A stretch of 45,743 nt of DNA from Gammaproteobacteria bacterium (GTDB lineage: Bacteria > Pseudomonadota > Gammaproteobacteria > GCA-001735895): assembly GCA_024224415.1 (NCBI GenBank), contig JAAENK010000156.1:1-45743 (forward strand). Direction: 5' to 3'. The position numbers and the translations under genes are program-made. The notes under the pieces were generated by a model that saw nothing but the letters and a program-made list of their open reading frames with translations, made no database searches and was not told where the DNA came from. Shown in pieces: positions 1 through 7,787 of the stretch; position 1 is the stretch's first letter; the number at the start of each line of letters is the position of its first letter.

Positions 1-76
1 CTGATCCTTCAGTTGCCGGTATGAATTGCAGGCTTGCCCGGAAACGAAGCGTGGCACTAAATCTTGGGAGATAAAC

Positions 77-457
77 ATGTTTGTTAGAAAACTATCCGAT
101 GTCATTGGCACTGATCGTGATGTGGACTGGGGCAATGGACAAAGCCGCCGCCTGCTGGTGGAAAGGGACGGTATGGGATTTGCCTTTCTCGACACGACTG
201 TCAATGCTGGAACCGACCTTCTCATCCAGTACAAAAATCATCTGGAGTCTGTTTATTGCATCGAAGGAAGTGGTGCAATCACCGACGAAGCCAATGGGCG
301 GGAATACCCCATCGAGCCTGGCGTCATGTACGTGCTTGATAATCATGATCTGCATCGACTCCGCGCTTTCGAAGACTTGCGGCTCATGTGCGTATTCAAT
401 CCGCCAATAAAGGGGGATGAAAAGCATAATGTGGATACGGACGGAACCTCTTACTGA
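77..457 (+). CDS. ectC: L-ectoine synthase (cupin)
   Basis: MFVRKLSDVIGTDRDV...SRRLL...GMGF...YKNHLESVYCIEG...PGVMYVLDNHDLH...CVFNPP..GDEKH carries the EctC motifs. ATG at 77 follows GGGAG, so I prefer it to the ORF-track TTG at 26. Confidence 0.9.
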   Translation: MFVRKLSDVIGTDRDVDWGNGQSRRLLVERDGMGFAFLDTTVNAGTDLLIQYKNHLESVYCIEGSGAITDEANGREYPIEPGVMYVLDNHDLHRLRAFEDLRLMCVFNPPIKGDEKHNVDTDGTSY

Positions 458-465
458 TTTGCAGA

Positions 466-1076
466 TTTTCTGCCCTGGCAACCCGGGCCGTGGTGATGCC
501 ACCGATCATGCGGTTTAATATCGTTGATAATAATGGTGAGATCGATGTTAAGGCTGCCTACATTCCGGGTCTAGACAGTCTGGCGATTAAAATCAGTCCG
601 GGTTTTTTTGATAATCCCAAACTCGGCCTCGATATTCTTCCTTGTCAAACCATCGCCCAGGCCACAGAAAACGCTGATAATATCGTCACTACCACGCCAT
701 CGACGAAGCCATTGCTTAAATATAATGATGTAAAACCCGGTCAACATATCCCCGCGATGGGTTCTGATTCAGAACACAAGAATGAACTCGAGCCAGACAT
801 TTTCACCAGCGAAGATATGCGTTATTTCTGCGACCGACTGAGCCAAACCCGGGAACTCGGTGAACTTCACCACGCAATCGAAAAAGGCCTGGTTTCAAAC
901 ACTGACGAGTTCCCGAAATTGGTAGAATTATTGCTGGACAAAACCCAGCTCGGCAGTCAGAGTCTGAAATCACAGTCTGCGATTTTACCAGTACCGGAAT
1001 TCAGAATACTGCCATCGCAACCCTGGCTTACCAACGATGCCAGCAACATAAAGCCGGTACTAATTTTGAGAGTTAA
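466..1076 (+). pseudogene. eutC: Ectoine utilization protein EutC (ornithine cyclodeaminase/mu-crystallin family), truncated, internally deleted and frameshifted
   Basis: FSALATRAVVMPPIMRF...DVKAAY...AIKISPGFFDNPKLGL joins directly to ADNIVTTTPS...MGSDSEHKNE...GELHHAI. The family C-terminus (GRIIAG...ITVCDFTSTGIQNTAIATLAY...GTNFES*) lies in another frame from about 921, with its stop at 1074-1076. Confidence 0.85.
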
Positions 1077-1079
1077 ACT

Positions 1080-2261
1080 ATGCCTAAAGACGCCAGATTA
1101 AATTTCACCCTGGATGAATATGCCAGCCGGTTAAAAAAAACCCGGGACGCAATGTCGGAGAAAAATATCGACTGCCTCATCGTGGTCGACCCTTCCAATA
1201 TGGCCTGGCTTACCGGCTATGACGGCTGGTCATTTTATACGCATCAATGCGTGATTGTGCAACATGACCACGAGCCGATCTGGTGGGGTCGTGGTATAGA
1301 TGCACCAGGTGCTGTACGCACGACTTATCTAGACGAAGACAATATCATCAAATACCTGGATCATTTTGTGCAGTCTGATGTTTGCCATCCCATGGATGAC
1401 TTGAGCCGCGTACTCACCGAAATGAAGCTCGATATAGTAACTATTGGTGTGGAGATGGAAAACTATTATTTTTCTGCCGCTGCCTATCATTCGTTACAGA
1501 CTCATCTACCCAATGCCAACCTGATAGACGCGACCGCACTGGTCAACTGGCAGCGTTTGATTAAATCTGAACAGGAGCTCAGCTACATGCGCAGCGCCGC
1601 GCGTATCGTCGAAAATATGCACAGTCATATTTACGATATCATCCAACCAGGGCTGGCAAAAAATGAACTTGCGGCAGAAATTTTCCACCGCGGAATCAAA
1701 GGCAAAGATGAGCACTGGGGTGATTACCCGGCAATTATGCCGTTATTACCAACCGGGATGGATGCCACCGCAGCGCATTTGACGTGGGATAATTACAGAC
1801 TCAAGCTCGGTGATATCACTTTCTTTGAAATTGCCGGTTGTCATAAACGTTATCACTGCCCGCTCTCGCGTACCATTTCACTGGGCAAGCCACCACAAAA
1901 ATACCTCGATGCAGAAAAAGCGGTACTCGATGCCATGCATGCGGGGCTGGACAAGGCCAGGCCCGGTATGCTTTGCGAAGATGTCGCCATCGCCTTTTTC
2001 GACACGCTGGAAAAACACGGCTTCAAGAAAGACAACCGCACCGGTTATTCGATTGGCCTGTCCTACCCGCCCGACTGGGGTGAGCGCACTATTAGTTTAC
2101 GACGCGGTGATAAAACCGAACTGCAAAGGAATATGACTTTCCATTTCATGCCTGCACTGTGGCTGGACGATGGCGGCCTGGAAATCACCGAATCAGTAGT
2201 AATAAACGACTCCGGTTATGAAAGCCTGGCATCGGTACCGCAAAAACTTCTGGTGAAATAA
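1080..2261 (+). CDS. doeA: Ectoine hydrolase DoeA/EutD (M24 peptidase fold)
   Basis: DPSNMAWLTGYDGWSFY, VNWQRLIKS, GDYPAI, HLTW, RYHCPLSRT, GYSIGLSYPPDWGERT and TFHFMPALW motifs; adjacent to eutC. Confidence 0.9.
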   Translation: MPKDARLNFTLDEYASRLKKTRDAMSEKNIDCLIVVDPSNMAWLTGYDGWSFYTHQCVIVQHDHEPIWWGRGIDAPGAVRTTYLDEDNIIKYLDHFVQSDVCHPMDDLSRVLTEMKLDIVTIGVEMENYYFSAAAYHSLQTHLPNANLIDATALVNWQRLIKSEQELSYMRSAARIVENMHSHIYDIIQPGLAKNELAAEIFHRGIKGKDEHWGDYPAIMPLLPTGMDATAAHLTWDNYRLKLGDITFFEIAGCHKRYHCPLSRTISLGKPPQKYLDAEKAVLDAMHAGLDKARPGMLCEDVAIAFFDTLEKHGFKKDNRTGYSIGLSYPPDWGERTISLRRGDKTELQRNMTFHFMPALWLDDGGLEITESVVINDSGYESLASVPQKLLVK

Positions 2262-2366
2262 ACTATAGTGAAATACTTCTGCCCAGTTACCCAACAATCA
2301 GGCTATACTGCCGCGCGCAAATATTGATTCACCCTGTTTAAACATTTTTATATAAGGAAAAACTCT

Positions 2367-3083
2367 ATGAATTTCTCTCGCATTTCTCTGCTCATCAGCG
2401 GACTACTGCTGGTCATCGGCCTAAGCGCATGTCACGAGAAAGATAAACAAGCCACTAACACTGCGGAACCCGATACCATGCAAGAAGAACTCACCACCGA
2501 TGCAGATAAATTCAGCTATGCCCTCGGCATGATGATAGGCGAGCGCGTACTCAAGCAATACGGCGAAGTCGATTACGATACATTATTGAAAGGCATGAAA
2601 GCCCAGCATCAAGATCAGGAAACCCTGATGGATATCGCTCAGGCCGGCGAAGCTCTGGCTGCCCATCAGCAAAAAGCGGATGCTTCCAAAGGTCAGGAAG
2701 CTATTGCCGAAGGTGAAGCCTTTCTCAAGGCCAACGCGGAAATGGAAGGCGTCACAATTACCGAATCCGGCTTACAGTATTCAGTCCTGACCGCAGCGGA
2801 AGGTAACAAACCGGCGGCCACCGATACTGTCACCGTACACTACCGTGGCACACTGTTGAATGGTAAAGAGTTTGATAGCTCTTACTCGCGAGACGAGCCA
2901 GCGACATTCGCGCTCAATCGCGTTATCCCCGGCTGGACCGAAGGTGTACAGTTGATGAGCGAGGGCAGCAAATTTAGATTTGTCATTCCTTACCAACTGG
3001 CTTACGGCGAGCGCGGTACTGGTGCCGATATCGGGCCCTACGAAACCCTTGTGTTTGAAGTCGAGTTAATCAAAATCAACTAA
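2367..3083 (+). CDS. FKBP-type peptidyl-prolyl cis-trans isomerase (FkpA/Mip-like), probable lipoprotein
   Basis: Lipobox LSAC; SYALG dimerisation domain; TESGLQY, VHYRGTL, FDSSY, VIPGWTEG, IPYQLAYG; AAGGA RBS. Confidence 0.92.
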   Translation: MNFSRISLLISGLLLVIGLSACHEKDKQATNTAEPDTMQEELTTDADKFSYALGMMIGERVLKQYGEVDYDTLLKGMKAQHQDQETLMDIAQAGEALAAHQQKADASKGQEAIAEGEAFLKANAEMEGVTITESGLQYSVLTAAEGNKPAATDTVTVHYRGTLLNGKEFDSSYSRDEPATFALNRVIPGWTEGVQLMSEGSKFRFVIPYQLAYGERGTGADIGPYETLVFEVELIKIN

Positions 3084-3101
3084 TTGGCAAGACCTGCCGG
3101 C

Positions 3102-3998
3102 ATGGCAAGTCACGGGTTTTTTATTCGTGTGGCACCCTTTCTATTTGTACTGCTATGGAGCACCGGCTTCATAGCAGCCAAATACAGCATGAACAATGCA
3201 GACCCGTTTGTCTTCCTCTGTCTGCGCATGTCCCTCACCACGTTGATGCTGATCCCGATTATTTTCCTGGTGGGTGCCAAGTTCCCGGTCGGCATCTGGC
3301 AACACCGCCACGACATGGTCACCGGATTCCTGCTGCATTGCTGTTATCTTGGTTTTGTATTCTGGCCCATCAAGGAAGGCGTTCCATCCGGAATCGTCGC
3401 CATTATCATTGGCTTACAACCGCTACTGACAATGGCGTTAGCCGCCCTGTTCATCGGCGAATCCCTGAGCTTCAATAAAATTGGTGGATTACTGCTGGGT
3501 TTTGTTGGTATCGCCATTGTCATTGTCGGCAAGTTTGGTATCGCCCTGGGACTGGAAGGCGGCCTGTCAGGCTTTGAATTGAGCCTTTGCATCTTCGGCC
3601 TGCTAGGCATGGCCGGCGGGGTATTTTATCAAAAGAAGTTCTGTGAGCAGTCGCAATTGTTGACCGGCGCCATCATGCAATATATTGCTGCAGCAATAGC
3701 AACGGCTGCATTTGCTGTACTGTTTGGTGAAACCTGGCAAATCGACTGGACCGCAAGCTTTGTCATTGCTTTAAGTTGGCAAGTGTTTGGTCTATCCATC
3801 GGCGCAGTTGTGTTACTCATGGTGATTATCAAACTCGGAGAAGCCGGGCGCGTGTCGAGTATGTTTTACCTGGTGCCACCACTAGTAGTCATCGAAGCAC
3901 ATTTTCTGTTTGGCGAAACCCTCGGTATCATCTCCATTCTAGGTATGGGAATTTGCGTAATTAGCGTCTATCTGGTGAATCGTAACCCTGTTGTTTAG
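3102..3998 (+). CDS. DMT/EamA family transporter
   Basis: About 10 hydrophobic segments; FVLLWSTGFI, GLQPLLT and RVSSMFYLVPP motifs. ATG at 3102 preferred to TTG at 3084. Confidence 0.85.
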   Translation: MASHGFFIRVAPFLFVLLWSTGFIAAKYSMNNADPFVFLCLRMSLTTLMLIPIIFLVGAKFPVGIWQHRHDMVTGFLLHCCYLGFVFWPIKEGVPSGIVAIIIGLQPLLTMALAALFIGESLSFNKIGGLLLGFVGIAIVIVGKFGIALGLEGGLSGFELSLCIFGLLGMAGGVFYQKKFCEQSQLLTGAIMQYIAAAIATAAFAVLFGETWQIDWTASFVIALSWQVFGLSIGAVVLLMVIIKLGEAGRVSSMFYLVPPLVVIEAHFLFGETLGIISILGMGICVISVYLVNRNPVV

Positions 3999-4007
3999 CC
4001 CCGCTTC

Positions 4008-4016
4008 TGCTATAGT
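4008..4016 (+). promoter_or_regulatory. Extended -10 promoter candidate for the glutaredoxin gene
   Basis: TGcTATAGT upstream of the AAGGAG RBS. Confidence 0.4.
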
Positions 4017-4043
4017 CGATGGACAGGATTAAAAGGAGAAGTA

Positions 4044-4520
4044 ATGCCAGGTCGCAAAATACTTAATGCAGGAATGCTAGCTCTGTTACTGCTAGCTACC
4101 CCGGCAGCCACCTGTGCAGAAATCTATAAATGGATTGATGCGAATGGTAATACCGTTTACGGCAACAAACCGCCAAAAAATGCTGAACTGAAAAAAATAA
4201 CCGGCAAGATCAGCAGTTTTTCATCGGTCAATGTTGAGTCATTCGAGTACGATGCCAGCCTGGTAACCCCAGAACAGGTAAAAACCAAAACCGTGATTAT
4301 GTACTCCACCAGTTGGTGTGGATACTGCAAAAAAGCCGCGAAACATTTCAGAAGCAAGAGTATTCCTTTCAAAGAATACGATATAGAAAAATCGAAGAAA
4401 GCAGCCAAAGCCTACCGAAAACTCAAGGGACGAGGCGTACCACTCATCCTTGTTGGAAAGAAACGCATGAGCGGCTTCGACGCTCGAAGATTCGACCAGA
4501 TATACTACGGTAAAACCTGA
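4044..4520 (+). CDS. Exported glutaredoxin (NrdH-like) with N-terminal DUF4124 domain
   Basis: Signal peptide; EIYKWIDANGNTVYGNKPP (DUF4124-like); MYSTSWCGYCKKA CxxC; GVP cis-Pro motif. Confidence 0.85.
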   Translation: MPGRKILNAGMLALLLLATPAATCAEIYKWIDANGNTVYGNKPPKNAELKKITGKISSFSSVNVESFEYDASLVTPEQVKTKTVIMYSTSWCGYCKKAAKHFRSKSIPFKEYDIEKSKKAAKAYRKLKGRGVPLILVGKKRMSGFDARRFDQIYYGKT

Positions 4521-4532
4521 CAACTCGGGAGA

Positions 4533-4561
4533 TTGAAGGCGTCCTGAACATCACGTAAGAT
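4533..4561 (+). promoter_or_regulatory. Sigma70 promoter of tRNA-Pro
   Basis: TTGAAG-N17-TAAGAT ending 13 nt before the tRNA. Confidence 0.55.
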
Positions 4562-4574
4562 TCAATCCTCAAAT

Positions 4575-4651
4575 CGGGGTGTAGCTCAGCCTGGTAGAGC
4601 GCTGCCTTCGGGAGGCAGAGGTCGTAGGTTCAAATCCTGTCTCCCCGACCA
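4575..4651 (+). tRNA. tRNA-Pro (anticodon CGG)
   Basis: 77-nt cloverleaf; anticodon arm CTGCC-TTCGGGA-GGCAG; GGTTCAAATCC T-loop; encoded CCA. Confidence 0.95.
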
Positions 4652-4660
4652 GATATAATA

Positions 4661-5986
4661 TCACCGCCGCTCAAACACGGCCATCGACTCGACATGGGCA
4701 GTCTGCGGAAACATATCCATAACGCCAAAATGAGTTAATTCATAACCATTGTTACAGATAATTTTACTGTCACGCACCAGGCTGCTGGGCTGGCAGGATA
4801 TGTAAACTATAATGCGCGCTTTAAAGCGTTTGATTTGCTCGGCGATTTCCATCGCGCCGGAGCGTGGCGGGTCGAGCAAGATCTTGTCGAACTGCTGTTT
4901 CATCCAGGGCCAGTCGTTGTCGATTTGACTCAGGTCGGCGCTAAAATATTCGGTATTTTCGATGCTGTTCGTCTGTGCATTACTTTTGGCACGCTGTACC
5001 ATTGCCAGGTCGCCCTCAACGCCAGTTACTCTCTTGCATCCGCGCGCCATGGGCAGAGTGAAATTACCGAGTCCACAGAACAGGTCGAGCACCTGGTCTT
5101 CCGGTTCCAGCTGAAGTAATTTTAATGCCTGGGCTACCATCTGCTGGTTGATGTCGTTGTTAACCTGAACAAAGTCAACCGCGCTGAAGTTAACCCGGAT
5201 ATCTTCTTCGGGCAAAGGTGAAAATTGAAGTGATTGGTTTTCAGGAAACAAATTGCGAATAGAATCTGGACCCTTTGCCTGTAGCTGTAGATTGAAACCG
5301 GTTTGCTGGGCAAAGTCGGTTAATTTTTGCTGATCCGACTCCGACAATTCCTTCAAATGTCGTACCACCAGAATCACCCGATCATCATCGGCAGCGACCT
5401 CGATCTGGGGGATACTTTCGCGGGCATCAAGCTGTTCGATGAGTTCGGCAAGGTCTTGCAAGCGATGCCCTACTTCTGGGATTAACACTTCGCACTGAGA
5501 CATATCGGCCAAAAATGATGCGTTGCGTTCACGAAAGCCCACCAACACCCGACCTTTCTTGTGTACGTATTTCACGCCGAGCCTGGCCTTGCGGCGATAG
5601 CCCCATGGCTTTGAACGTAATGGCGGCAGAATATGGCTGGCTTCGAGTCCGGCGTGTTGCATCATGTCGATCAGGGTTTGTTGCTTGAACGCAACTTGAT
5701 CGTCGTTATCTAGATGTTGCAAGCTGCAACCACCGCAGCGATCAAAGGCTTCGCATTTGGGCTTCACTCTTTGGGCCACGGATTCAATTATTTCGATTGC
5801 CGTGGCCTGGTCAAATTTCTGGCTGGATTTTTGTATCTGTGCCTTAACCAGTTCACCTTTCAGGGCACCAAATACAAACACGGTCTTGCCATTTATATTG
5901 GTGATACCTCGACCTTCATGCGACATAGCTTCAATGCGCAGGGTTACCGACTCAGGTGATTGGCTACGCCGTCTTCGTCTCGCCAT
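4661..5986 (-). CDS. rlmD: 23S rRNA (uracil1939-C5)-methyltransferase
   Basis: TRAM N-terminus, C-x5-CGGC Fe-S motif, LDLFCGLGNF, LDPPRSGA, YISC, DMFPQTAHVES. Confidence 0.95.
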   Translation of the reverse strand: MARRRRRSQSPESVTLRIEAMSHEGRGITNINGKTVFVFGALKGELVKAQIQKSSQKFDQATAIEIIESVAQRVKPKCEAFDRCGGCSLQHLDNDDQVAFKQQTLIDMMQHAGLEASHILPPLRSKPWGYRRKARLGVKYVHKKGRVLVGFRERNASFLADMSQCEVLIPEVGHRLQDLAELIEQLDARESIPQIEVAADDDRVILVVRHLKELSESDQQKLTDFAQQTGFNLQLQAKGPDSIRNLFPENQSLQFSPLPEEDIRVNFSAVDFVQVNNDINQQMVAQALKLLQLEPEDQVLDLFCGLGNFTLPMARGCKRVTGVEGDLAMVQRAKSNAQTNSIENTEYFSADLSQIDNDWPWMKQQFDKILLDPPRSGAMEIAEQIKRFKARIIVYISCQPSSLVRDSKIICNNGYELTHFGVMDMFPQTAHVESMAVFERR

Positions 5987-5998
5987 TCGATACCACTC

Positions 5999-6772
5999 CT
6001 AAAGCTCGATCCAGGACTTTTCGAAAGCATGCAAATGCTCATGACCCAATTTAATCAGGGCGTTACGCACCATCTGGCATTCGCTTTGATACTGAGTTTG
6101 ATTAATACTGCCGCGGTTACGCTCATAGTTCAGGTAGATCAGATAAGTGTTCAGCACATCGGTTTCACCGTAGTCTCGGATCGACTTGATGTCGTCATCG
6201 AGATATGCATCCCAAACATTGTCACAACTCATATTCATCTTGCCGGGAAAACCACAGAGACTTGCGATTTCATCTAGTGGTGCATTGGCCTGAGATGAAT
6301 ACGCTGCGAGAACATCCATTAAGTCAGTATGACGCTGGTGATAACGATTCAAATAATTGTCGTCTCGAAAACTGCTATCACTGCTGCCATTCTCCCAGTA
6401 ATGTGCCGCATTGACAGGGTATAACAATGACCGGTAATGAATCACCGGTAAATCGAATCCGCTGCCATTCCATGAAACCAGGTCTGGCGAATAGCGTTCG
6501 ATACCACTGTAAAAACGTTGTAGTAAATCGGGCTCATCGGAAGCCAAATCGCCGAGCGACCACACTTTGAACTGATCACGACTGCGCAGCACTGCTGAAA
6601 TGCAAACCACTTGATGTAAATGATGCGGTAGAACCTCTGTATTTACCTGTTGTCGGCGCTTGTGGAATACCGCTTTAGCAACATCATCATCGGCCAAACC
6701 ATGCAGGTCATACAGGCGTCGACAACCGTCGATGTCGGGCACGGTTTTGATATCAAAAACTAAAACATTCAT
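5999..6772 (-). CDS. Predicted PolB-like 3'-5' exonuclease (DNA_pol_B_exo2 type)
   Basis: VLVFDIKTVPD, LVSWNGSGFDLPVI, HTDLMDVL, ETDVLNTY; sits between cysM and rlmD. Confidence 0.85.
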   Translation of the reverse strand: MNVLVFDIKTVPDIDGCRRLYDLHGLADDDVAKAVFHKRRQQVNTEVLPHHLHQVVCISAVLRSRDQFKVWSLGDLASDEPDLLQRFYSGIERYSPDLVSWNGSGFDLPVIHYRSLLYPVNAAHYWENGSSDSSFRDDNYLNRYHQRHTDLMDVLAAYSSQANAPLDEIASLCGFPGKMNMSCDNVWDAYLDDDIKSIRDYGETDVLNTYLIYLNYERNRGSINQTQYQSECQMVRNALIKLGHEHLHAFEKSWIEL

Positions 6773-6779
6773 TTAGAAA

Positions 6780-7664
6780 TTATTCGGTGGGGAATATATT
6801 TGCGGATAGATAACGGTCACCCCGGTCACATATCACAGTAACTATATGCGCATTTTCAACTTTCCGTGAGAGTCGAATTGCCGCTGCTACTGCACCACCT
6901 GACGAAATGCCACAAAACAGGCCCTCCCGAATTGCCAGCTGACGGGTCATTTCCTCGGCCTCGTCCTGCGACACATCAATAATGCGATCGACCTGACTAG
7001 CATCATAAATAGCCGGTACATATTCTTCCGGCCAGCGTCGAATGCCGGTAATCACCGAACCATCCTCCGGCTGCACACCAATAATTTGCACATGCGCAGC
7101 AGTTTCTCGAAAAAATCTGGAACAACCCATTATTGTCCCTGTGGTGCCCATTGAGCTGATAAAATGGGTAATCTCCTGGTTGGTCTGCCGCCAAATTTCG
7201 GGGCCTGTAGTTTCATAATGTGCTCTCGGGTTATCCACATTAGCGAATTGGTCCAGCACCTTTCCTTTGCCCTGAAGCTGCATTTGCAGGGCCAGGTCTC
7301 TAGCACCCATCATACCCTGTTGCTGAGTCACCAGAATAATTTCGGCGCCATAAGCTCGCATTGCAATCTGTCTCTCGCCGGTCATATTATCCGGCATAAT
7401 CAATATCATGCGATAACCGCGTGTCGCGGCCACCATCGCCAGGGCAATACCGGTATTACCACTGGTGGCTTCTATTAAAGTATCCCCCGGTGCGATTTCG
7501 CCACGCATTTCGGCATTATTTATCATACTGTAGGCAGGTCTGTCCTTTACCGACCCAGCCGGGTTGTTACCTTCCATCTTGAGAGTAATTTGATTGCTCG
7601 AACCTGCACCCAGGCGTCGCAATGACACTAACGGCGTGTTTCCTATATAATCTTCTAAAAACAT
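6780..7664 (-). CDS. cysM: Cysteine synthase B
   Basis: IGNTPLV, EGNNPAGSVKDRPA (PLP Lys), EATSGNTG, MGTTGT, GIRRWP, CDRGDRYLS. Confidence 0.95.
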   Translation of the reverse strand: MFLEDYIGNTPLVSLRRLGAGSSNQITLKMEGNNPAGSVKDRPAYSMINNAEMRGEIAPGDTLIEATSGNTGIALAMVAATRGYRMILIMPDNMTGERQIAMRAYGAEIILVTQQQGMMGARDLALQMQLQGKGKVLDQFANVDNPRAHYETTGPEIWRQTNQEITHFISSMGTTGTIMGCSRFFRETAAHVQIIGVQPEDGSVITGIRRWPEEYVPAIYDASQVDRIIDVSQDEAEEMTRQLAIREGLFCGISSGGAVAAAIRLSRKVENAHIVTVICDRGDRYLSANIFPTE

Positions 7665-7787
7665 GGTATTACCGTCAATCTGGGCGGTGTTGGATTTTCT
7701 GTCAATGGGTTTAAGTATCCGTATATTTTACTGTAATGGTGAATTGCATACCATGTGATTTGAATCCAGATTGAAGGTGAAATAAAT

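Noticed and set aside
490-1101. 203-aa ORF taken as a functional cyclodeaminase
   Set aside because: It lacks the family N-terminus and the central NAD-binding segment, and its last ~60 residues are out of frame; treated as a pseudogene.
4019-4037. Three GGA motifs before the glutaredoxin gene as a possible CsrA site
   Set aside because: The first overlaps the predicted TSS and the last is the RBS; too little evidence.
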